DNA of 55,582 nt from Corallochytrium limacisporum Hawaii (lineage: Eukaryota > Protista > Pluriformea), in NCBI GenBank assembly GCA_002811645.1, contig PDIP01000261.1:1-55582 (forward strand). Reading direction: 5' to 3'. The stretch's first letter is position 1. Every line of letters begins with the position of its first letter. A model generated the notes under the pieces. The model searched no databases, was not told the origin of the DNA, and saw nothing but the letters and a program-made list of their open reading frames with translations. The position numbers and the translations under genes are program-made. Positions 1-8,938 of this stretch are shown in pieces.

Positions 1-412
1 GCACTCCAAATTCTGTGGGGAAGTTGGGTCCGCGTGTTGGTGGGCGGGTGGGTGGCTCGATCACCAAGCCGTTGCCGGCTTTTACCTTTGTCTAACTGCG
101 AACTCTCTCTAGCTCTGTCGACCTCAAAAATAGACTCCCGGATTCAACTGGGGGCGGACTTTGAGCCTATTCTACCAGTCCACGACAGTGTAATACGGAA
201 GGCTATTTACTTAATCTAGGTTTTTGATCTAGAACATAGCTTTTCGAACTTCAGGTTTCAATTGTTGTTTTATTAGACTGCAGCTGAAACTTTCCTATGC
301 ATACGCACTGTGTCTGAGAACACTCGTATAGATATGTTACACACTGTTCCTACAAAAGGTACACTCCATGAGAGCATGAGTGAAACATAGATCACATACC
401 AAGAAACACACT

Positions 413-1261
413 ATGCTGCGAAAGTTGTTTGGAATTGGTAAACGGAACCACAGGCCTATTTCAGTGGCCGACAACAAGCTCATGAGAGCGGTTGGCAAAC
501 CAAACGAAGTCCTGCCACTCCATTTGAACCCGGGCATCAGGATTCAGCGCAATTTCATCTCGCCACTAGAAGAGGAGAAATTGGTGGCTGAATTGCACCA
601 AGTGGTAAACGAATATGGATTGATCAAATTCAATCCTGACCAAGAGCATTTTATCCTCAGTGACAACGGCACGGGACAGATTGACAGAACTGGCGAGCTC
701 TACACTGGGAGAGTAACTGGTCGGCACGAAGACGCAGACCAGATCACAGCACCGTGGGGCTACGCAGACAAATTTAAGAAAACTGAGGTGCCTCCCATGC
801 TGTATCTGGTCATGACCCGATTAATGCAATCAAAAGACTTTTCGCTGGGCAAACCGAGAGACATTAGCGTCAACCATCGAAAAGGAGCACTTTTCAAGCT
901 AGACCCGCGTTGCAACCCGCAAGAGGATGGTCCCAACATTTTTGTACTGAATCTCCTTAGTCCGTTAGTCATCACATTCAGTCCACTCAACCCACAGCGG
1001 TCACAAATAAGAAAAGATCCAGCGCATATCTGCCTCAAGTCTTGGACCGACGAAGACATCGACGTCCTCTTCCAACCCCGCAGCCTCGTGCACTTCACGG
1101 CTGAAGCCAGAAGCAATTGGCAACACGGCATCCGCGTGGGTGTGCTGGCTGATGAACCCTACAATGGTATCTGTGATTGGTTTGGATCCGTGCGCAATTT
1201 GGTGGCTCGACATGAGGAACGATTCTCTGTGGTCTTCACGTTTGGCGCTCCCGAACACTGA
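413..1261 (+). CDS. AlkB-family 2OG-Fe(II) dioxygenase-fold protein (ALKBH7-like), probably catalytically degenerate
   Basis: AlkB-type blocks PGIRIQRNFISPLEEEKL, ISVN, IFVLNLLSPLVITF, LFQPRSLVHFTAEARSNWQHGI and RFSVVF. The HxD position reads RCN. First ATG is at 413; the ORF-track start at 380 is GTG. Confidence 0.7.
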   Translation: MLRKLFGIGKRNHRPISVADNKLMRAVGKPNEVLPLHLNPGIRIQRNFISPLEEEKLVAELHQVVNEYGLIKFNPDQEHFILSDNGTGQIDRTGELYTGRVTGRHEDADQITAPWGYADKFKKTEVPPMLYLVMTRLMQSKDFSLGKPRDISVNHRKGALFKLDPRCNPQEDGPNIFVLNLLSPLVITFSPLNPQRSQIRKDPAHICLKSWTDEDIDVLFQPRSLVHFTAEARSNWQHGIRVGVLADEPYNGICDWFGSVRNLVARHEERFSVVFTFGAPEH

Positions 1262-1476
1262 TCGACGCACCACTACTGAACCCAGCGAGAACGCCTACCC
1301 TAGCACACTTAACAAGGTTTTCAGTTTATCCAGGACTCTAGCCAGCGGTTGCCAAGGATTTTCCTGGCGGACCAGGAGGACTGATCTTTCCATAGTGAAT
1401 GAACCAAAGGAGATTCCCGTACTTACGCACACACGCGAACGGGGGCCGTGCTCCTCTTTCCCCTCCTGGGGGGGGG

Positions 1477-1535
1477 NNNNNNNNNNNNNNNNNNNNNNNN
1501 NNNNNNNNNNNNNNNNNNNNNNNNNNNNNNNNNNN
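1477..1535. other. Assembly gap (N run) flanked by G homopolymers
   Basis: Run of N with G tracts on both sides. Confidence 0.99.
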
Positions 1536-1919
1536 GGGGGGGGGGCGGAGGGTTAAGGGAGGGACCTGGGAGTGCCCGCTTCACTGATCCGGCTCTACGG
1601 GTGTGCGCACGGGTTGTCGGCAGAGCAGAAGTACCATCTCATTTGATCTTCTGTTCAGGGCACATGTCGTTAACGTTCTATATGATTTATGGATGCATTT
1701 TCATGTTTGAATAGGTAGTTTATGAACTTTAATATGACATAGCGTATCAAAGTCGTTGGACTGTGACTGAGTGGCTTGTCGAATCGGAAAAGTGGGCACA
1801 GTGAGAAAGGGTACTTTGAATCTCAAGACCGAAGAAGCAAAGGGTGGAAGATGATGAAATATGAAGTATTAAAGAAAGAAGCATAATCGTCTGTACACAA
1901 AGATAGATGGACAAATTTC

Positions 1920-2975
1920 ATGATTCTTGCTGACAATAGTGTCTTCGCCACAAGAGCAGAACAACTTCAGCCATGGAGACATCCCGGAAAGACCCAAGGG
2001 GCCACGAATACGTCCTTGGTGCCGATCAATGTCACATTTTGTATCAAACCAACCCCACCGGGCATACGGCCTCGCAGAGGTGAGTCTGAACGCAAAGGTA
2101 ATGAAGAAAATGGCTTCGTGGAAGTCCCGATCGGCGTGAGTGGAGAGACTAAACCACGTTTCCATTTCGATAAGGTTCTGGCACCTTCTGATCAAGCTCT
2201 GACGGCCAAGGACCTGTACGCTTCCTCACGAGCCGATACTTTGGTGTGACAGTTTTTTGATGGACGCAATGGCTGTGTCCTGATCGCCAGTGAACCAGGT
2301 GCCATTAGAGAAGACATTGTCGAAGGTCTGACAAAACAGGTTGTGGAGGCCACTTTTGCGCCGCGTTGATGGAATTCTAGGGAAAGTCAACGCAGACAGT
2401 GGCCGCTTTCCGGGTGGTCAAGCACCTGCGCCAGCAGAATCCCTGCTCTGCAGACCGGCCTTGATTGCTGGGATTTATCCATGGGTGAAGTGCTCAAGAT
2501 TCTGGCTTAATACACCGCCCGTGCGCTCCAATCATCAATGGACGCAAGTAGTCCCCTGAAAGGCGCCGCAGCGGGGCAGATCCGTGAGGTTGTCAATGAA
2601 GCACAAGTACAGTGGGAGAAAGAACGGAGTGCGCTGCTGTTTCATGCGACTGTAGCGGAGGTACAATTAGCAGATCTCCAGCGAAAGAACGCCGCTCTGC
2701 GCAAGGTGATGACCGCGACTGGGCAGTCGAGCATGAAAGACTTGGATAAGGATAAGAAGGGACAGGTCAAGCACAGCCGTCTGTTGTGCCGCCGTCCGGT
2801 AGCATCCAAGTATAGTCTCTCCGGTGGAACAATGAGCGGAGAAAGCGGTGAAAATGTACCGTTCAACGGCAGTGTGAGCGTCAGTTCGACGATGGAAAGT
2901 GAAGGCATTAAGGGCGCTGCCGATGCGTTGGTCGGAGCCATACGCGAGGTGGCCTCGCGAGAGGGCCTAGACTGA
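1920..2975 (+). pseudogene. Decayed kinesin-motor-like plus coiled-coil gene
   Basis: One frame gives PINVTFCIKP, RFHFDKVLAPSDQ, LYASSRADTLV*QFFDGRNGCVLIA and EVLKILA*YTARA, echoing kinesin NIRVFCRVRP, FTFDKVF, LV..VLDGYNGTIFAYG and ETLSTLRFASRA. In-frame stops at 2247, 2367 and 2508. The P-loop is eroded. A coiled-coil-like stretch follows at 2538-2975. Confidence 0.5.
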
Positions 2976-3267
2976 GAAATCAGCGCTCCTGTCCCGCGCT
3001 GGCAGCCTGGCCCGGTCCGGAGCACCCCGGCACACGACTTCAACGTTGAGAGGCACTGCTGAAGGATAGTCAGCTTTGTCGGGCTCCTCCGCAGGCGGTA
3101 TGATCTCTGCACAGTGAGTTCCAATAGAACATGAAAGGAATGTATGCATTTAAACAATGACTTCAATGAAAGCGTTGCCCGCTGCAGATGATGTTGTTAA
3201 CGCCAAGGACGACGAATCAAACTGCGCAAACCTTGGGCAATCGCTGGATATGCTCCAAATCCACGCT

Positions 3268-4416
3268 TCAAATAACGAAAGGTATCAGAGCTTTCCACTG
3301 TGAAGGCAACTGCTTCTTGTCGAACGTCCGTTGGTACCACCGCAGCGCATCGATCGCACTCGCCAGTTGGTTCAGCCCTACAAACACCGCAATCATCACC
3401 AGTCCCAAGCTGTGTCGACCAAATGCGGCCCAAAACAGCGCGTAAATGGCTACCTCGCAGAAATAGTGTGGGCACGCGACGTAGCGGAACAATCGACCTT
3501 GTGGTACAGCATAGATTGCTATTGATACGCTGCCATCCTTTCTATTTCCGCCGCCGTCGTCGTCGACGCTCGCTTTTCTGCCACTTACCCACTGCCGTAG
3601 CCTCTTTGTTGGACTAGGACTTCTCTGCACACTGTAGTGTGGATCCTTGTCCGTCAAAATCCTGCCTTCCACCCGGCGCAAGTTGGCAAGGATCCGTGCG
3701 CATCTGTACTGTTCATACGCAAGCACAGTGTAAATGGCGCAGACCACCGCTAGCACTGGTGTCCCAGACAACGACAATGAGGCAGTCAGAAGACTTAGGA
3801 CCGATGTAGAGCCCAGTGCAGCGAATGGTAGTGGTGCGTCTGTGGCATCTATACAGAAGGAGGACGAAACGTAGATCGTCCCCAGCACAGCAGGGTAGAA
3901 GCTAAGACCTACGAGATAGTGCAGCGGATGAATCACCGCATCACTTCGGTCATTAGCGTTGACATATAGACATTCCCACAGGCGGCGTGCAGTTTGCAAG
4001 GTTATGAAGAGTACCAACCATACTGTATTGGTGTGGCTAAGGACGGAATTTGCCGTGGAGTCGGTGATCAGACAGTCCGTCTCAAAGATCGGGAAAGACC
4101 CCGAAGCTGTGTCCATATGAACGATCTTTACTATATGTATGAAACGCAAACGGCTGTCGAGTAACACCGCTAGCAGTGTCACACTCGCGGCAAGACCGAC
4201 GGCATAGAATTGCCAGAACCAGCGCTTGGGTACATCAAAAGGGGATCTACAGGTCCGAGTCTTACCGAAGGTCAGCACTGCATCAAGGTAGTCACCGATT
4301 GTTGTACCCAAAGTCCACCGCCGAGCTTCGGCTAAGTGATAGACAATGGTAATGGCAAAGGCAGCTATACCAGCTCCCCAGTAGAGGCACGTGAACAGTG
4401 CTAGACTAAGGCCCAT
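3268..4416 (-). CDS. SRD5A3: Polyprenol/polyprenal reductase (steroid 5-alpha-reductase family, SRD5A3/DFG10)
   Basis: FGKTR, VPKRWFWQFY, RRLWECLYV, HYLVGLSFY, PQGRLFRYVACPHYFCEVAIY and WKALIPFV; multiple transmembrane segments. Confidence 0.92.
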   Translation of the reverse strand: MGLSLALFTCLYWGAGIAAFAITIVYHLAEARRWTLGTTIGDYLDAVLTFGKTRTCRSPFDVPKRWFWQFYAVGLAASVTLLAVLLDSRLRFIHIVKIVHMDTASGSFPIFETDCLITDSTANSVLSHTNTVWLVLFITLQTARRLWECLYVNANDRSDAVIHPLHYLVGLSFYPAVLGTIYVSSSFCIDATDAPLPFAALGSTSVLSLLTASLSLSGTPVLAVVCAIYTVLAYEQYRCARILANLRRVEGRILTDKDPHYSVQRSPSPTKRLRQWVSGRKASVDDDGGGNRKDGSVSIAIYAVPQGRLFRYVACPHYFCEVAIYALFWAAFGRHSLGLVMIAVFVGLNQLASAIDALRWYQRTFDKKQLPSQWKALIPFVI

Positions 4417-4923
4417 TGTAGCTTGCGTGATCTCCCTTTGTCACATTGTTTAAGGGCAGAGAGCAATGCCATCATCTGTGCTATGGACGAACACCAACGA
4501 AACTCAATCGTTATGAGCGGGTGTAGCCGCTGAAGCACCCGAACTGTCATGTAGTGAGTTACTTATGGAACACTGTGATTTGGCCGTACAGCACCGTTGG
4601 AAATCCCGCGACTGCCCCTGCCACCGCGCGAATTGATGTTGAATTAGGCCCCCCCCCCACCGATATCTATGTTTGGACAAAAACTCGCCCAGCGCACTGC
4701 TGACGAAATTCGTGGTCGTGTAGGCGGGTCGGTAGAAGAAAAACAATTGACATCATGCCTAAGGGACTAGCAGGTACAAGTGTGGAACTTGAAACATGAT
4801 CTGCGTTTCACTGTGGTCAATACCGTATTTTTGTTCGGGTATCACCTGTATACTATACACGCGAGGAAGAATGTGAACTAGGTAGGCATCTTTCCAAGTC
4901 AGTTACACTGGGTAACAGAAAAG

Positions 4924-6192
4924 ATGGACAACCACAATGGACCGTGGCGGTTCTACGTTAAGTGTGCCGAATCAAGGGCAGTGGTACCGATCATGCCGGG
5001 ACAAAAAGTCCAGGAGCTCTTGCAACAAGCCCTAGTGCGGACATCTATGGAGCATAAAGGCTACGCCACCCTCTGGACGGACTCGGGGTTCCTCCTGTCC
5101 AACACTGACAGGGTAATCGATGTCCTTCGACCGCAGGAGACTCTGGTTGCAGGAAAGAATGTATACACACCACCAAACCAATGCAAGGAAGATGGACAGC
5201 TTCAACAGATCCAACCCAGCAGCATTGCTAGTGCCACTCCTGCTGCGCGCACCGCACTTCATCGTTTCCGTAGTGATGAGCGTATGCAGGATAAACTGCC
5301 GGCTTCTATCAGGCGCGAAAATTCAATGCTTACGGAGTCCACAATCGCTCTCGTCCCGGAAGCTTTCACTGCAGACTACCGTATCGTTCTCGTCAGACAT
5401 TGTGAGAGTGCAGGTAACGTAGACCCAGCCCTCTTTGCGAAAACTCCGGATCATGCCATTCCCCTTAGTGCTCGTGGTAGGGATCAGGCGGTTCATACTG
5501 GCCGAGCACTAAACAATTTGCTCCAGGAGCTCTTTGGGGATACTGCACATTGTGGACATATTCGCATGTGGCACAGTCCGTACCTGCGCTGCAAGGAGAC
5601 GGCCATGCGTCTCGCGGACGAGTGCACGACCTGGATTACAGACCTGCGGGAGAACCCATTGTTGGCCGAGCTGGACTACGGTCTCTTCGAAGGCACCGGG
5701 CGCGAAGTGGCAGTGGACATGGGTCGTGAGGTGGAGAAGAAGCACTACGAGGCGCGGGCCAACCAGGCCGGTCGGTTCTGGGCCCGATTTCCGATGGGAG
5801 AATCACCGTTCGATGTTTGCCAGCGCATGCAGATCTTTTTCGGTACGATTGCCCGGGACTGGGTGCCAACGCGAAACAAGAAAAGTCGTACAACGCCAGT
5901 GAACACGGTAATCATTGTAACCCATGGCATTGCATTGCGGTGTTTCATGAAGATGTGGCTTCATCGCAGTGTGGAATGGTACGAGAAGGAGTACAACCCC
6001 AACAATGGTGCCATCCGTCTGATCACCCGCGAAAAGGGAGATATGGGGTATGTTTTCAATGGGTTTGATCCTGACAGTTGCGGGGGTGCGATGCAGGAGG
6101 CGGTCACAGGCACGAGCTTCGCCGAACGACGGGCACAGCCGGACGAATTGCAGATAAAGGAAGGTAAGGTTGAAATCACGGGGGACGTATAG
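4924..6192 (+). CDS. Histidine phosphatase (PGM-like, DET1/AT74 type) with N-terminal Par3/HAL-type ubiquitin-like domain
   Basis: IVLVRHCESAGN (RHG variant), PDHAIPLSARGRDQA, SPYLRCKET, LAELDYG, RFPMGESPFDVCQR and IIVTHG. Residues ~8-76 have a beta-grasp pattern. Confidence 0.85.
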   Translation: MDNHNGPWRFYVKCAESRAVVPIMPGQKVQELLQQALVRTSMEHKGYATLWTDSGFLLSNTDRVIDVLRPQETLVAGKNVYTPPNQCKEDGQLQQIQPSSIASATPAARTALHRFRSDERMQDKLPASIRRENSMLTESTIALVPEAFTADYRIVLVRHCESAGNVDPALFAKTPDHAIPLSARGRDQAVHTGRALNNLLQELFGDTAHCGHIRMWHSPYLRCKETAMRLADECTTWITDLRENPLLAELDYGLFEGTGREVAVDMGREVEKKHYEARANQAGRFWARFPMGESPFDVCQRMQIFFGTIARDWVPTRNKKSRTTPVNTVIIVTHGIALRCFMKMWLHRSVEWYEKEYNPNNGAIRLITREKGDMGYVFNGFDPDSCGGAMQEAVTGTSFAERRAQPDELQIKEGKVEITGDV

Positions 6193-6318
6193 ACGAGGGT
6201 GCTTTGCATTTCAGTGACACGTTTTGATATTAAAGCTATTCCTGCAACAGCCTGACACAACAATCCAAATGAGACGGCGTTTGGATGCGTTCTACGTACT
6301 CTAGATTTAATCAACAAT

Positions 6319-7932
6319 TTACAAAATCTCCAGATCAACGTGCCGCACCTCTGGATCGACGTGTTGGATAATCTTCTCCAGCCTATCCACCTCTTGCCCC
6401 ATCTGATCTATAACCCGCTCCCCATGGTATGACAGCAAATCTTCCGCGTCGGCGGCTGACATGACTTGCTTGAAGTCCTGCAGCATTAGTCCATGATTCA
6501 TGCTATGTGCATACTTGCGCGCAATCTGCTGGCCGTCAAAGTTAATCTCCGCTTTAAATCGCACTGCATTAGTTCCAATCTGAGTGGCTTTCACGTCGTG
6601 AACACTAATGACGACCGGATCTGCACGGATGGCGTCTACAATCATAGCAATACGCGCCTCGTCAATTGACCGTTCAATCAGAGCGTTGGCATTCCGTCGC
6701 ACAAGGAAGACGGCCACCGCTCCAAGCATGGTACCAATGGCAATTGATCCTAGAGAATCCCAAACTGGATTGCCGGTGACGTAGGCTGTACCGATTCCAA
6801 CCGTGGCAATGCCCAGGCCTGAAATGGCCGCACCGTCTTCCGCAAAGACCGCGACATCGTTGGGATCAGTGCCCAGTCGAATATACTGTGAGACAGTCAT
6901 CTTCGCCCGTGTAGCATTCTCCCGGACTTGTTTGAAAGCAATCATGAAGGATCCACCTTCCAGTAGTCCACCCAACGCCAGCATTGGGAATGCCAAGGAC
7001 AGATCCTCTGCCGGCACGGGGTTGATCAGTCCAGTGATTCCATGGTAGACACTGACACCGGAGCCCAGGAAGAAGAACCCCATGCCACTAATCAAGGCCC
7101 AGACATAGCGTTCCTTACTGAAACCATAAGGATATTCCTTGGATGGACCGCGCATGGAGCGCATGATGCCAAAAGCCAGTAACCCCTGGTTGGCTGTGTC
7201 GGCGAGGGAGTGCACTGCCTCGCTGAGCATGGAGGCGGAGCCGGTGGCGAAGAAAGTAATAAACTTCCCCACAGTAATGGCTGCATTGCTTGCCAGGGCT
7301 ACTGCCACGACACGAAGGGATCCTCGCAATTTCTCGTCCGTTTCCAGACGCCGCCTTGGCCCAGGTCCTACAGGATTATCATCAATCAGTGCTGATCGCT
7401 TTTCCCTCATCTGTACTGCTCCTCCAAAGAGCAGTCGAAAAAGGTCGGTAATGCCTCCGCCCATAGGCTCTCTGCGGTGTTCTGGAATCTCATCTGGTGT
7501 GCGATTAGCATCCCTCCGCTTGCGTTCTGCATCCAGACGTGCCTGACTTCCCCATTTAGTCATGGATACCCGCTTGATGTCCTCGAGCTCGTAGAGGTAC
7601 ATAGGGCCTGGTACGCCCATGTATGGTTGTCGTGCCTTCAAGACCTGCAGATTGATTAGATCACCTTCATCCAGACAGAATTGATCCAATGCCTTGTCTT
7701 TGGCAATCAGCCGTGCGTTTGGAGACCTCTGTTTCCGCAGTGCCCCACTGAAGCTGAACTTGGCTTGCTTACCCGCCTCCAAATGCAAGGACCGCACTGG
7801 ATTGCCCAGTCCGTTGTATGTGTGTGTTGGAAAGCATAGCTTCTGGTTCGCTGTCATAGACACTACTATTCCACGCTGCCATCTTTTGACAGCCAAGCCG
7901 AGCCGCCACGGAGTGTTGTACCGGGCCAACAT
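6319..7932 (-). CDS. SLC30A9: Mitochondrial zinc transporter ZnT9 (CDF family with XPA-like domain)
   Basis: Arg-rich presequence-like N-terminus, XPA-like segment (ALDQFCLDEGDL...KWGS), GSASMLSEAVHSLADTANQ, YPYGFSKERY, AEDGAA, RFKAEINFDG and a C-terminal EVRHVDLEIL. Confidence 0.95.
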   Translation of the reverse strand: MLARYNTPWRLGLAVKRWQRGIVVSMTANQKLCFPTHTYNGLGNPVRSLHLEAGKQAKFSFSGALRKQRSPNARLIAKDKALDQFCLDEGDLINLQVLKARQPYMGVPGPMYLYELEDIKRVSMTKWGSQARLDAERKRRDANRTPDEIPEHRREPMGGGITDLFRLLFGGAVQMREKRSALIDDNPVGPGPRRRLETDEKLRGSLRVVAVALASNAAITVGKFITFFATGSASMLSEAVHSLADTANQGLLAFGIMRSMRGPSKEYPYGFSKERYVWALISGMGFFFLGSGVSVYHGITGLINPVPAEDLSLAFPMLALGGLLEGGSFMIAFKQVRENATRAKMTVSQYIRLGTDPNDVAVFAEDGAAISGLGIATVGIGTAYVTGNPVWDSLGSIAIGTMLGAVAVFLVRRNANALIERSIDEARIAMIVDAIRADPVVISVHDVKATQIGTNAVRFKAEINFDGQQIARKYAHSMNHGLMLQDFKQVMSAADAEDLLSYHGERVIDQMGQEVDRLEKIIQHVDPEVRHVDLEIL

Positions 7933-8938
7933 TGCTACCGCCCTGTCTAGAAGTATGGATCCTCAATCACCCATTCTCCATTTCGGTATTTACCATTGTT
8001 ATCACTTTGTCCTTTCCGTTCTGTTTCGTTCCAGATTCATCCCATTCCATCCTGAGCCTGCGTCAAACGAATGACTCATGTGTTTATACCCGTACCGGTG
8101 GGCTAGTAGACCCTTGGGTACAATCCCATTCGTGGGTCAAAAGCCGTAACACGAGTGGCCAGCAACCAGTTTCGATTTCAGGTCCCCACCCCTGACACGC
8201 CTACCCTTGATTCGTCGTGCTGTTCGATACCAAAAACTATGATGGGCTCTGATGGATTAAGGTTATGTAGCCTTCGTTTCACTTACAAAAACTCAAATGG
8301 GGTCCCCGTCGTTGTCGGGGCGGGTTGATGATCTTTTCGCAGCGGCATTGCGTCTGACTGTGTTTCATAATAGCGCGCTACCGTGCCCTGTTACCAATTC
8401 TTCTTTCTAGATCTGCAGCGTGCTCTAAACATTGTTACTTTCCCCTAGGTCCCAATTCTTAATGGCAGCTGAAAAGTGTGGGTGGGAGGGGGCCTGATTT
8501 TCAATGAACCGTTCCCCCCCTTGTGTGCTTTTTGGCGCGAGTTGTCCACGACGGAGTGTCCTCGCAAAACAGCGCATCCCCAGAAGCGGCGAAAGCTGCC
8601 AGCCTGCACCGCGACCGAACGCAATTGAAAAGCGGAGCAGAGAGGCCTCTCATGCGGCCCCTCCTTCTGTTCCGATGGGAAGCATTCAGTGTTTTGCCTT
8701 TTGAATTTAAGGCGGTCCGTGTTTGTTCGGAGTTGAGATCTTTGATGAACTTTATCTTCTTGACCACCTTTATCGTAGAAGCTATGTCATGGAGAGGACG
8801 GGAACACGTGCATTGCAAAGAATGACGTATTGTGACACAGGCGAACAGAAACTATACTGAACCGGAACACGACAACGTCCCAATAGGTGACAATCATAGT
8901 AAAGTATGGTGGTGTAATAGATCACAACCTTACGAACA

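Noticed and set aside
2247-2249. Selenocysteine or readthrough recoding of the in-frame TGA
   Set aside because: Further stops including a TAA follow, it is not a redox-Cys position, and normal genes here end in TGA.
8326-8357. C/D-box snoRNA (TGATGA...CTGA)
   Set aside because: The boxes are only about 22 nt apart, with no terminal stem and no convincing rRNA guide.
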